Assembly (NCBI RefSeq): GCF_009914755.1
Contig: NC_060939.1
Direction: 5' to 3' (one strand)
Length of the DNA stretch: 64,000 bases
DNA from: the human T2T-CHM13v2.0 reference genome, Homo sapiens
Shown here: positions 27,420 through 40,685 of the stretch, one piece after another
Numbering within the stretch: the stretch's first letter is position 1
Layout of the letters: each line of letters begins with the position of its first letter
The notes under the pieces: generated by a model
The model's database searches: none
What the model was told of the DNA's origin: nothing
What the model saw: the letters and a program-made list of their open reading frames with translations, nothing else
Made by a program: the position numbers and the translations under genes

Positions 27420-30400
27420 CCTGAATCAAGCTGCCCAGAGAAAAACATTATTAGCAAGTTGAAGGAGATATTTTAGCCATTTGTCTATAAATTGACAGCT
27501 TTAGGTATATCAGCTATATCTTTAAGTATATTTCTATTTTAACTTTCATAAGATAATATATTTTGTAGTATAATTTATAAACTAACCACATCTTCCTATG
27601 GCAAAAATACAAATTAAATGATCAGTTTTAAAAATAACCATCTTTCAGTATTGATGGGGCCATAATTAATGTAAACAATTCTTCATTATAAACTGTAGAA
27701 AGATGAATATTTTGTTTATTCTTAGCATTTTTTCTGGTTATTTTCTTAAGATAAATTTTTAAAGTAGTCAATTGAGTCAGATGTTATACATATTTTATAT
27801 TTGATACATATTGTTGCCAGATTACCCTCCTTAGAAAATTCACAGATTATATTCCTTGTACTAATGGATAGAAGTGACTGGTCCTCATATGCTTGTTAAC
27901 ACTACACATTATCAACCTTTTCATTTTCTGTCAATCTGATTGGATAAACATGATTTTATTTTCATTTTTTATATTTATAACTTCTAATTATTACAACTAC
28001 CTGAAAAAGTAAACTGTTTAATTTCATTTTGCAGACCGAAAAATGAAACTGAGGCAAAAGGAGATTGAGTGACATACTCAAGGTCAGTCCCGTGTCTAAT
28101 AAGTTTCAGAGTCAGAAATTAAACTCAGGTTCATCTGTTTGCAAAGCTCTTGTTCTTTTCACTAGGGTTATACAGCCCCACTGTGTCAAAGCTTCTAGAC
28201 AATCATCCTGGTGTCTTTCCTCTTGAGTGTTTCCAGCATAGAACTAGGGAAGTGGTAAGTGCCCAATATATGTCTTGTAAGTCTAGTTCTGAGTGTACCT
28301 AATCTTTCTAAAGTCTCTTAAAATGTGGCCCTCCAGGTAAGGTCATTCCAGAACAGAAAGGCTTCTAAAATGTTTTACTGTAGGTCAGATAGGAAGGTAA
28401 AGTTTGTGTACTACTCATTGAAGGTATGATTTTTGTTGAACTTGTGCGCATAACAATCACTTAGCATTTTTAATTCCCTTTTTCTCCTTTTAGTCATCAT
28501 TTACTGTCTTGAAAGAATTACTGAAGACATACTGGGGAGCCTTGTTTTATGTCTGGGCATTCTCCAACAGGCTAAGGTTTAATAAGCATGGGGTCTGTGG
28601 ATCCTTCCAAGCTGGATTTATGATCGTGGGACTCTTGGATCATGTGGGGGAATGATTCCCTTTCCCATGATTCGCTGGTCCACATTTGGCTTCTGAAATG
28701 CACATTCCCTGTATGCCTATGGGTGTGAGTTTTGCAGTGCTCACCCACAAAGCTAGGGCAGAGGACCAGGACTCCTCTGCAGGAGGGAGAAGGAGCGACA
28801 GGAAGAAGCAGCGCAGACCAGCAAAGGCAGAGGGCAACTGGCTGTCACATGGTCAGCTCCCAGCAGGCGTTTCTGTCTCTTTCTTTCTTTCCCTGTCTCT
28901 ATCTCTGTTTCTCAATCTCTCTCTTTCTGTAACTCATCAAGGCATTGCATCCCCTCTCTGAAAGCTTACATGATCACAAGCTGAAGAACCTGTAGGAGAA
29001 AGTTCTCTATGTTCTGTGGCCTCTGGGAAATGAATAATTCTATTGATATTCTCTGTAGAAATGATGCTAATGACAAGATGGGGGAGTAAAATTCCCCTGA
29101 CTCCCTTGTGAATTCTCATTCCAAGGTTTCAGCTCCAAACTTCTCCTTTCAGGCACAGGCTAGGGCAATTCAAAGCTCCTGCTGTAACATCTCTCTGTGA
29201 AATGTTTGCTATCCGAAAATCATAATCTCTTCGCAGTTAAAGCTTAACCTCTACCAGTCATCTGTTCCTTCCACATGGAATTCAACTGCTCTTCCTGGGA
29301 GCTGACAAAGGAGCTTAAACTTGCAATCATGTTTAATTCCTGAGTTTCATTCGTCACATTTTAATTTAGATTGCTTTGCTATTTTGTACTGTTTGAAACA
29401 GAGCAGAATTATTGGTGGATGGAAATTTTTGCTTCATTTGGTTTTTAGAAAAATTTAAGAATTTTGAGACATGAAGCAGAGGTTGAGTGTTTGGATGAAA
29501 ATGTCAATCTGGGTTCTGGTTCTACCCTGTTTATCCATCTCTGTGTCAAGATGCTCTAAGGGGAGATGGGCAAAAGGGTTTTTAATCTTCCTTTGCATTA
29601 CTTTCCTTATATTTAAAAATGGGGAAAATTGTTATTCTGATTCAGAAGGGGTCTGAGGAACTACAATTTTTCCTCACTTTCTCCTGCCCTCACTGGGGAA
29701 AAAGTAGGGGTGGAGGTCTCAGCCATTTTGAATGTGAAGATATTCTCCTAGACAAAAAAACAAAAAATGAACATTATAGGAATAGTTTAATCTCACAGCT
29801 TTTGTTTACAACTTTATAAAATGAAAGACAGACACATATTTAAATTTTAAAAAATATGCAGAAGTAACTGTTTTCTGCCTTAAATTCCTGCCTGGCAAAT
29901 GCCTGTCAGTAATTCCCAAATCATGGTCTGTAGAGAATTTGCAGGGCATCCGCAATGCGTCTTCAGACAAGTGGAAGGAGGTGGAGAGACCCGTGAAGAA
30001 CATGGCACTTGGTGCAACCGTCCAAACCTCTGTCCATAAACCACAGACATAGTATGGACTCAGACAGCACTGAGGGCCCTGGTTCTAGAGGGCAACACAC
30101 TCAATCTTTCTGATGAACTTGTTCGTAGAGATCAAAATGGAAATTATTTGCTCTGGGAACTCTTAAGGTCCTGCTGCTAAGTCATTTGCATAGTGTTAAA
30201 TGATGCATAGTGCTGGGGCTGGATTCTGGGAGTGTGTTCCCAAGGGCTTCCTCACATACACCCCATTCCCACCATCGCCTGCATACACAGAAGGCATCAG
30301 GAGCTTGAGGACTCCATTTGCCTTCCTCAGACATTGCCATTTTGAATAAATATTACTATTTATTATCCCCAAATTTAGAGTTATTAATTATATCAGCATA

Positions 30401-31610
30401 AACCTAATTTATGCCATCATAAACAGTGATAATAAATGCTGCCAAATTCTAATACCCAGCTCTTGCCAACTGTGCCTGTAGTTGATGGGTTTCCCCCACT
30501 CACTTCCCAGAAGCATTAAATTAAAAATGATTCAGTGTTGCAGAATCATTGATCAAGTTGGGGCTGAGGCTCCTCAGGAAATGCACTTGTTTTGTTCAAT
30601 GCTTTGCTCTTTCATTGGCCGGGCAGCTTCTGATGTCTGTCTGCATTCCAATGTTTCTCCTTTCCTTCCTCCCCTCCTCTGATCCTCCTATAGGAGGAAG
30701 AAATCCGTGCAGGGATGCAGGGATAGAGGGAGGTAGATGAGCATCTATTATTTCATTCTAAATTTCCCCTTTAGACATCTCTCTTCTTAGCATCCCCACT
30801 TCTAACTCTTTATTTCAACATAAACTTAGAAATCTTTATAAAGCAAACCCTTGGGTATAATATAGATAAGTTATTTCTCAATTTCTAAATACATCTATCA
30901 TGTATTTAGGGATGGATGTGATACATGGCTTCCTAAAATACATGAAAGCCTATAATGGGAAAATAGGAAGCATAGCTCTGAGAACCCCCACCAAAACCGA
31001 GGAAGCTTTTTCTTTTGGTAGTTACTCTCAGGGGTGCTCTGATTTTGCAGAGGAAGAGGAAAAGCCTGTCCCTGTGTTATCAGAACTGTAATGCAATCTC
31101 ACTGCTTTTCTCAAGGAGAAACAGTTTTTACTTTTCCTTCATTCTCCCTGGCTTTTACTTTGTTTTCATCAGTGATGATTGTGGTGGTGATGTAGTATAA
31201 AAAAATTCCAACAAGACAGTCAGAAGAAGACCCACTTTAGGTCAAAGTTAGCTTCTTTATAGCTGTGTGGCTTTGGACAATTTACTTAACTTCTCTACTC
31301 CTGTTTGCTCCACTTTTTAAGGGAGTAGTAAGCCCTAACCACTGCGCCTCACTTGATTAATATCACAATCAAGTACCATAGTACTTCAAAACTATTAAGT
31401 ACTGAACAAAGGTAATGGTTCCTTTTATTGTGTTCTGATGCCTAAATTTCAGTGGTAGGGCATCTATGTTCTTCTCAATGGTAGGGCCAAACAGTCTTAA
31501 TGATCTTTTTCCTGCTTTTCATTTTTTAGTTTTGCAAAGAGATCCAGGATAAGCCATGGCAATAGGATAGAAATTCTAAATTTTGCAGAGGAAGAGACAA
31601 GGTCAAAGGT

Positions 31611-31613
<3 letters not shown>

Positions 31614-31651
<38 letters not shown>

Positions 31652-31842
31652 ATACTATTTTATATATAAAATATATAATATATATTATATAATATTATAT
31701 ATAATATATATTATATAACATATTATATAATATATATAATATTATATATAATATATATTATATAACATATATTATATAATATATATAATATTATATATAA
31801 TATATGTTATATAATATATATAACATATATTATATATATATA
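31614..31842. repeat. (TA)n plus AT-only minisatellite
   Basis: ~230 bp almost purely A/T, tatataatatat-type units. Confidence 0.95.
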
Positions 31843-34296
31843 GAGAGAGATCTTGTTAAAGTTTTGGTTATCCTTTTGATTTTAAAATTATGGGGCAAGT
31901 ATAGAACTGAATAGGTTGTACAAAAAATTCAGCAACAGAGAAAGCTTGGAACTGAGTAGTTCAGCTAATGCCTTTTTTCCTCATGCTTACTCATCAAATA
32001 GATTTAACTGGCACCTTGGAATGGAGAAAAACCCTGGCTTCTTGCCTTCAGAAGCCAGCCTATCATCAGCCTCCATCAAGGTATCTCCAAGAGCTTTTCA
32101 GGGTGTCTGTAATGAGCAGCATCTGTGGTGCATGGAGTCTGTCTTCCCCAGCCGGGGGACTGCCTCCCTGGGGTGGGTACCCAAGCCTCAAGATCACAGA
32201 AGCCCAGTTTCCTAGAAAAGTGCACCTATCAGGAACCAGAAGGAATTGCACCTCGAAGGCTGGCATTGGAAAATTGCCCGAGAGCCTTCTGCTCTCTGTT
32301 CTGGATCACTCTGCCTGGCAGTCTGGAGTTTCTAAGCAGGAAAGTCAAAGGCAGCATATATACTTTGATAATGCAGATCCACCTCCCCACCGCGATTTAC
32401 AGGTTGTCTTTTCCTTGGCTATTCATCTCTCTGAGCCACATAGCCCTTTTGAATTATTAGCCTTACTCCTTCATTGCCCACCTTCCTTCTTGCAAACATG
32501 CTCCCATACATTTTCACTCCACAGAAAATGCTTTCTTCTCTATTTACAGCTTCTTTCTGCCCCCTACCCTTCCCTCTGGTCCGATAACTAATGGCCAAGG
32601 AGATAAATAAGAGACATAACTCTTTTTGGCCATTTTTTTTGTCATTACTCTGCATAATAACAAGGAAACAAATCTTATTACTAAAGTAATTACAATAAAT
32701 AAAAAATAACTGAGAGTGGAGCTTAAAGAAGGGGACATAGCAGGGTAGTGATTACAGCAGGATTTTAAAATTTTAATTTACTAGTGCCAGTCTCTGTTAC
32801 TCTGTTCATACCCTGCTTAGGAGATTGTGTCTAATTAGGGATTGGTTGTTATTGGTCTTTGAAAGCACCCACTCCTAGCTGACTTATCCCTAGGTCTTTA
32901 AAGGAGACATTTGGCCCAAGGAATCCCTTGAAAAATCTCTTTGTCAGCAGCTCAATGTTGGAAAATAGCAGCATTTAGCATGTTAAGTTTCATCATCATC
33001 AAAGCTTGGGAATTGCAAATAATTACTTGGCAATTTTCCCTCTGTAGATAACATTCTCTTAACTAGTCTATACAGACATGCATTCACCCTAACATCCGTG
33101 GATCACCAAGTCGAGGACACAGTACACCCTTTTGTAGAATACACTGGTGCTGACCAATCTTAGAGTTAGACCATTTTTCTTTATAGCCAATCTAATTTTA
33201 TCCAAAAGCAATTTATGTCCTTTGTTTCCACAGAGGAAGTGTGGAATGTTTATTTTTCTTCATTAATCATGACTATTATCCTATTTCTGATAGTCATCTT
33301 TCCAAGTCCTTTTGGTATTTGAGTTGCTTCTCTTTCTTTTTGAACCTAAATCTTGTATGTTCAGTGTTTAGTCCTGATACACAGTGTTTTAACTATAATT
33401 GTCAGTGTTTGGTTTCCTTAACCTTCTCCAAGTTGCTCTTGAGTGTGGAAGCATGAGGTGCAGCATAGTGGCTTTCCCATGCATCTTAGCATCTTTCTAC
33501 AACACCATCCCTAAACTTCAAGTGCATTTATTAATTCATGTGACCATGTGCCCTTCTAAGTTGCTCTAAACAAGTGGTCTTAGTCGTCTACACATTTGAA
33601 ATATAGGGCAAATACAAAATTTAGACACAGTTACTACAACACTTCTTCCCTAAACCACTGCCATCCCCACCATCTCTACTATCACCACCACCATCAGTGA
33701 CATTACAAGAAAATGGCAAATATTGAATGAGCATTTAACACATGCTTGACAATGCCAAGTACTTTACATATATTATCTTTTAATTCTCACACAACCCTCT
33801 GTGGTAAATATTAATAATATCTTGACTTTACTAATGAAAAAAGTAATATTTTAAGAGCAAAATAAGTGTCCCAGGCCATTCAGAACACAGATAGTATTTG
33901 GATAAAAAGAATATTCAATTCAGTTTCTTTCTTTTTTTATTTTGATTCTAGATCCTGCCCACTAACAACTACATTATACATGGAATCAGAAGTTATAGAA
34001 TTCTGTAATGTTAGAGGTGAAAGACATCTTACATTTCAACAAACCGGCCCCACCCTTTCTTTATAGAAGAGAAAAATAAAAGATGCTCAGTAAGGTAACA
34101 GTAGGTTCTTAAATCTCCACAATATTAGAGTTGAATTTGAAGTCCAGGCCTAAAACTTTCCCCACTGAATCTCCATTACATGCAAGGATAACATATTTGC
34201 AATCTAGCCAGACATTTATGTAAACTATTATGCATAATATTATGACATTTGGGAATGCAAAGCAAAGATAAGTTATTCATTAAGACAGATAACGCA

Positions 34297-35222
34297 GGAT
34301 TGAGTGGTAGTTCTATTTTTAGTTCTTTGTGAAATCTGCATGCTGTCTTCCATAGGGATAATAATTTACATTCCTATCAACAGTCTATAAGTGGTCCCTT
34401 TTCTCTGTTTCCTCACCAACATCTGTTATTTTTTAATCTTTTTAATAGTAGCCATTCTGAATGGTATAAGATATTATCTCATGGTGGTTTTAATTTACAT
34501 TTTTCTGATAATTAGTGGTGTTGGGTATTTTTTAGGTGCTTGTGGGACATTTGTATATCTTCTTTTGAAAAATGTCTATTCATACCCTTTGCCCACTTTT
34601 TAATGGGGTTATTTATTTATTTTTTGTTGAGTTGTTTGTGTTCCTTGTAAATTCTGGATATTAGTCCCTTTTCGGATGGATAGTTTGCAAATATTTTTTC
34701 CCATTCTGCACGTTGTCTGTCCACTCTGTTGATTATTTCTTTTGCTGTGGAGAAGCTTTCTGGTTTAATTTTCCCATTTACAATTCACAGTAGCAAAGAT
34801 GTGGAATCAACCTAACTGTCCATCAATGGATGATTGAATAAATAAAATGTGGTATAAGTACACAATGGAATACTATTCAGCCATATAAAAGAATGAAATC
34901 ATGTTATTTGCTGCAACATTAATGGAACTGGAGGCCATTATCTTAAGTGAAAAAAACTCAGAAATGGAAAGACAAATACTGTATGTTCTCACTTATAAGT
35001 GGGAGCTAAATAATGTATACACATGAACATAGAGTATGGAATGAAAGACACTGGAGACTCAAAAGGATAGCGAGGTGAGGAGGAGGTGGGTGATGAGAAA
35101 TTACTTAATGAGTACACTGTACATTATTCAGGTGATAGGTACACTAGAAACCCAGACTTTATCATTATGCAATATATTCATGTAACCAAATTGCACTTGT
35201 ACCCCTTAAATTTATATTAAAA
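34297..35222. mobile_element. 5'-inverted LINE-1 (L1MA1/L1PB4-like): antisense 34297-34780, sense 34781-35222
   Basis: Antisense ORF2 3' region abuts sense caattcacagtagcaaagatgtggaatcaacc...gtaccccttaaatttatattaaaa; degenerate TSD aagacagataacgca / aagagagaatgca. Confidence 0.85.
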
Positions 35223-35377
35223 AGAGAGAATGCAAAGAGTTCTGTGTAGAGATGGTCAAAACATCACAAATATTTTAGCCTGTCTAATATAGCTTCCCAG
35301 AGGTAGTTGGATGTCTAAGGGTGCTTTAAAAGGGGAGGCAGAATACCCTTGGAAGAAGAGTGATAGTATCTCCAGAC

Positions 35378-35668
35378 CAGCATTTTCTTAATGGCTTCTG
35401 CAGGACGCTAGCAGATTGGTGCTAATAGATGTTTCACACAAGAGGGTGCTATGGCTTGAAAAGTTCAAACAATTTTGGGTAAACAAATTTTCTTTTAATT
35501 GTAGAAATGTTCAGTGCCATTAAAATATTAACATGCATGGAGACTCTCCAAGATGGGAAAAAATATATGCCATTTCCTGAAGTTATTTGAACAGGGTCAC
35601 ATTTGTTGAAGTACACCTAAACTATCTAGAGGAACATTAACGATCACTCAACTTGGGCAATGTTTCCC
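35378..35668. mobile_element. MER103C-like hAT element
   Basis: cagcattttc...gctaatagatgttt...ctccaagatggg...catttcctgaagttatttgaac resembles MER103C. Confidence 0.55.
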
Positions 35669-35808
35669 CAGGCTTTTAACTGAGATGCAGACATAAAATT
35701 AAGCCTACTTAGAAGAAGCACATTAGCATCGTGGCTAAGAACACTTAGAATGGAGCTGTATTGCTTGGGTTTGCCATTTACTAGCTGTGTGACCTTGGAC
35801 AAGAAACT

Positions 35809-36268
35809 TGTCATAGGTTGGGTTATTTATGATACAGTCTCCAAGATGGAGACTTGCTGTAGGAAATTAGTTGTGTTGAGTTCTTGGGAATAACACCTAT
35901 GAGAGCGTAAGGGAAGCTGGATTGGGCATAGAGTACAGTTGAATTGTGATGCATTTGCTATTACGAAGGCCTCAGATGATCAGTGGGTACCACTAACTGC
36001 TGGGATGCCTCTTTACCCAATGGCCTTTCAGTGTCTGGAATTAAGGCAAGTGCACTGAGCCTTTCCTTTGTACTCCCCACCAATGATCCGTTCTTGAATA
36101 TGAGCTTCCTGTAGGGAGGGTATACAACCCCAGGGAAAGAAGATCCCTTTGGCTGAGGGCAATTCCTAGGGGAAGTACTCAGTTGTGAGCTTCAGCAGCC
36201 AGTAGCAGCTGAGGAATGAATTCCTTGGTCCTAACGGTACTCTGAGGGATACACCACAGTATCTGCTG
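35809..36268 (-). mobile_element. ERVL solo LTR (LTR33-like) inserted into a MIR
   Basis: agatggagactt...ggattgggca...ggctgagggcaattcc...cagctgaggaatgaa...caccacagtatc; MIR halves at 35725-35808 and 36269-36395. Confidence 0.65.
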
Positions 36269-36475
36269 TGCTTCAGTTTCCTCATCTGTAAAACGGGGAT
36301 AATAGCAAGTAATGACCTTTTTAATAAGGCCATTATGAGTTAAGTGAGTTACTATATAATATGCCTGATACTTAATAGTGTTCTTATACATGTTAAAGTA
36401 AACAACACTTATAAGAACAGTTATTATACTTTAACACCTATAAAATCACTATTAAATAAACTAAATAGTGTATTT

Positions 36476-36719
36476 AGCATGAAGCCTTATTAAGCTCTTT
36501 TGATGGCTTAATCATATTGCTAACTCATTTTTAGTTCATTGTCAAATAAAACATCTAAGATTTTTTAATATTAATTGTCATTAACCTGAATGTTTCCTGG
36601 TATGTCACTGTGTAGTTGATCTAAATGGATCAAGTCTTGAACCCATGCTTATCCCAATTTCATCCAATTAGATTCCATTCTTCTGAGACCACTTTGGATC
36701 TTTAATCTGTCATCCATTT
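36476..36719 (+). repeat. Diverged local direct duplicate of 38756-38997
   Basis: Shared blocks ttaagctcttttgatggc, tattgctaactcatttt, atggatcaagtcttgaa, tttcatccaattagattccattctt, gagaccactttggatctt; roughly 85% identity by eye. Confidence 0.9.
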
Positions 36720-37909
36720 TGTACACTAAGTTGTGCTCTTATAAATGTTATGATTATTCACATTTATAGTTAAGACAATGAAAACTGGAAAAACAAAGAG
36801 AATATATCCTTCATTCCTAGTGTATTAAAAACAAGTGCCTATATGTCATAGTATTTTCACATGACTTTTTTTTCACAGCTTTTTCTTAGCCTTGGACAAA
36901 GAGGCTATTACTGCATTTTCTGCTGTGTTCTTTACCTAATAATGTAGATATCACTGTTATAAGAATGGCCCACTCTTTCAGAAGGTACCCCCTCAGACAG
37001 TTCATGTATTTCATAAACAAACAAACCAACAAACAAAATTCAGTCCAGGCCAAGATGTAATTTGAGTAGAGATGACTAAATATTGACTCGTTTCTAAGAA
37101 GTGGATTGTGATTTTGACATGACCTAAAGGGAACTGTATTCATGGAAAAGATGGCCTATTCCAATATAATGTCAAGAGATTTGATGCTAGCATAGCTGAG
37201 ATCAATTTTTCTTTTATTTTTGTAAATGCGGTGTTAAATGAAAATGTCCAAAGCTTGGGCTGTGCTTTCCAATGTCAGGGCAAAAAATTTGAGTGTTTAT
37301 GAGTCCTGATCAGGCTGGGCTTCTCTCTAGAAGGGGAGACTGCAGCACATTAGTGCCTGTCATTTGTGATAGTAACTGTGGAAACTCAGCCAGCAAGACT
37401 CCTTTCAGCAGTAATCAGGGCCATTGATGTCCATCTGATCTCAGGTGGGGAACACTTTTTTATAAAAAAAAAATGTAATTCAATATCTAGCTATTAATCT
37501 AGCCATCTTGGCAGTGCATTATTGAGTGTTCTAATTCAGTGGATTTGGCCACTGAGAGACTCAGCCATAATGCATGTAATGTAACGGATATCATCTGAAA
37601 AGCAATTGTTCTCCTTGGCTAGGTTATTTAAAGCCATTGAATAACATAAAATAGATTATATATCCATAATAGTATTGAGAATCATTTTGTTCAACCTAGT
37701 TTTTCATTGTATGGAAAAAGAAATAGGCTTAGCAATTCGATGCTATGTAAAAAGTTTACCCAGTTTCCTGGCATAGATAAGATCAAGTCAAAAGACAATG
37801 GACTCTTCCATTCCAGTGATATGCAATTTCTCTTGGACAAAGATCTTATCCCTATTATTCCACAGAGGAAGACAGTGTGAGCTCTACATGAATATATTTC
37901 TGTGACTTG

Positions 37910-39510
37910 ATCATACAACCATGGAATCTTAGAGGACTTAACGTCTAGTTCAGTTTTTCAACTTGCACTTAAAATTCCTTTATAGCATTCATCACATGTG
38001 GCCAAATAGCCTGTGCTCTAGCATGTCTGTAGTGTGTGAACTTATTTCCTCTCATGTGAACTTATTTCATTTTCGATAGTCCTCTTAGAAAGTCATTTCT
38101 TAAACCATGTTAATATATTTCCTCTCAAAGCTTCTATCCTTCATGCCACATACAGTAAGTTGAATTACTCTTCTTTGGACTTTCACACAACTGAAGACTA
38201 CCCTCATATCACCTCTATATGTTTTCCTTTCTCCACAGTAAGAATCTGTAGTTTCTTCAATCACTTGTCTTGGGATGTATTTTTGGATCTCTCCATCATT
38301 CCGATTGTTATCTGAATTACCTCACTCATTAATGCAATAAATGTTCATTGAACATATCCTAAGTAAGAAACATTGGTAAACCTGTGGATGTAACATTGAA
38401 CAGAGCAAGCTGTTTACAGTAGAGAGGTGGAAACAGACAATTCAAAATAGTATCATACAGTGTTAGACATCATCTGATGGCTGTTAGCCATACAGATGCC
38501 CAGAGAAAGGGGACCTAATTTGGTCCTGAGGTCTGGGACAACTTCTTGTAGCATCTACATTGAGAGCTGAAGGAAGGGTTAGCCAGCGGCAAAGAGTGTG
38601 TGTGCAGTAGAAGCAGGGAGGTGTCAGAGCATGCTGGTCTACATGAGAGACTGGCATGTTCAGAGCCCAGGAATATCTAAGTTTTTATTATGATGGAATT
38701 CCCGGATGACCACCATTATTATTCTGAAAACCAAATTGCTATTCATGAAGCCTGAAGCATGAAGACTTAAGCTCTTTTGATGGCCTAATCCTATTGCTAA
38801 CTCATTTTCAGCTTATTGTCAAATAAAGCCTCGAAGTTATTTTTTATATTAATTGCCATTAACCTGAAAGTATCTTGCTGTATCACTCTATAGTTGATCT
38901 AGATGGATCAAGTCTTGAATCACACTTATCCCAGTTTCATCCAATTAGATTCCATTCTTTGGAGACCACTTTGGATCTTGAATCTGCTATCCATTTCATT
39001 TGGCTTTCTACTAATTTACATGGAAACTTCAGAGCTGACAAGAATTTCTTTTATCTTTTTATCATGTCATTGATACATTTGTTGAACTGGAGAGAACCAA
39101 GGACAGTGTACTAGAAGACATATCACCAAAGGCACAGGTCCATTTAGTTATGATCATTCAACCACTTTCTAATCTATTTTAGTGCTGCCATTGAACCCAT
39201 CTTTCTTTATATAACTTGCAAGGATATCTTGAGAGACTTTTGCAAATTCCTCACTGAAGGCCTGTTAAGCTCTGTCTCCTTATCTAATAACCTGTCAAAG
39301 TGTGAAACAAAGTTGGGCTGGCACAGCTGGAACAATTCCCAAAATTGTTCTTGGTTACAGGTGCTGGTTTTTATGAGTTCTACTTCCTTTCCTAAGAGAC
39401 CCCATATTTCCCTGTTAATATGCTCCAGAATTTTGCTGAAGATCAGTGTCAAGCTCACTGGTTTCATCTGCCATTTTCTCTTTTTTCAAAAATGGAGACA
39501 TATTTGCTCA
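37910..39510 (-). mobile_element. L3/CR1 LINE remnant interrupted by an L2 (~38325-38670)
   Basis: Minus-strand peptide KPVSLTLIFSKILEHIN...CQPNFVSHFDRL matches CR1 RT motifs (RPVSLTS..GKIME, SCQTNLISFFD); CR1-like 3' end at 37910-38100. Confidence 0.7.
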
Positions 39511-40442
39511 TCCTTAGTCTTGATAATTTCCCATAGATTACTGACATTGTCTTAAGCTAAGGGTGGGCTAAGCCACTGCCTTTGAAGAGTGAAGAGGAGA
39601 CCCCAGCTCCTGACTTAGGATGATTCAGACTTCCCACAGGCACCTCTCATAATTGAGAACTTGCAGCACTTAGTCTTACCTGTCCCCAGAATAGATCATT
39701 CATCATGCTTGTCGGGATGATTTAGTCTGGGGGTGTGAAACTGCAATTCCTTTGACCTTGGTTCACTGAACTGACATGTTACATATGGGCCCAAATCATT
39801 GTAACTTCAGGTGTTTTAATCTAGAAAATGCTTTATGACACTACATTGTTTTACTTCCATTGACTTAATGCTCTGTAGTACTAACCAAGTTCCCTCTTGG
39901 ATATGAGTAGATCATAGATGGCAAAGACTGAACATTTTTTGATAGTGTGATATGCTATCAAAGATACATGACTAAGATATGTCCTGCATATCTTGGCACT
40001 TTTGTCCACATGTGGTAAGCTTTCAGGGGTTAAACGGCAAAATTTGGGGGGTGGCTGGCAAGATGGCTGAATAGGAACAGCTCCGGTCTATAGCTCCTAC
40101 CGAGATCAACACAGAAGGCAAGTGATTTCTGCATTTCCAACCGAGGTACCTAGCTCATCTTCATCTCATTGGGACTGGTTAGAAAGTGGGTGCAGCCCAT
40201 GGAGGGTGAGCAGAAGCAGGGTGTTGCCTCACCTGGGAAGTTCAAGAGGTCAGGAAACTCCCTCGTAGCCAAGGGAAGCCGTGAGGCACTGTGCCATGAG
40301 GAATGATGCATTATGGCCCAGATACTATGCTTTTCCCACAGTCTTTGCAACCGGCAGACCAGGAGAATCCCTTGGGTGCCTACACCACCAAGGCCCTGGG
40401 TTTCAAGCACAAAACTGGGTGGCTGTTTGGGCAGACACTAAG

Positions 40443-40685
40443 CTAGCTGCAGGAGTTTTTTTTTTTTTCATACCAAAGTGGTGCAGGAATGCCAGCAAGA
40501 CAGAACCATTCACTCCCCTGGAAAAGAGGCTGAAGCCAGGGAGCCAAGTGGCCTAGCTCAGTGGATCCCACTCCCATGGAGCCTAGCAAGCTAAGATTCA
40601 CTGGCTTGAAATTCTCGCTGCCAGCACAGCAGTCTGAAGTCGACCTGGGATGCTCTAGCTTTGTTGGGGGAGGGGTGTCCGCCAT
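40443..40685 (-). CDS. L1 ORF0-like antisense ORF (80 aa), translation unproven
   Basis: MADTPPPTKLEHPRSTSDCCAGSEN...SMGVGSTELG resembles L1HS ORF0 as I recall it (MAGAPPPASLPPCSLISDCCASNQRDSVGVGPSEPG); Kozak context gtaATGG; lies in the L1 5'UTR. Confidence 0.5.
   Translation of the reverse strand: MADTPPPTKLEHPRSTSDCCAGSENFKPVNLSLLGSMGVGSTELGHLAPWLQPLFQGSEWFCLAGIPAPLWYEKKKNSCS

Noticed and set aside
31968-32591. Longest ORF in the track (207 aa)
   Set aside because: No recognisable domain or supported splice structure; overlapping ORFs in other frames suggest chance
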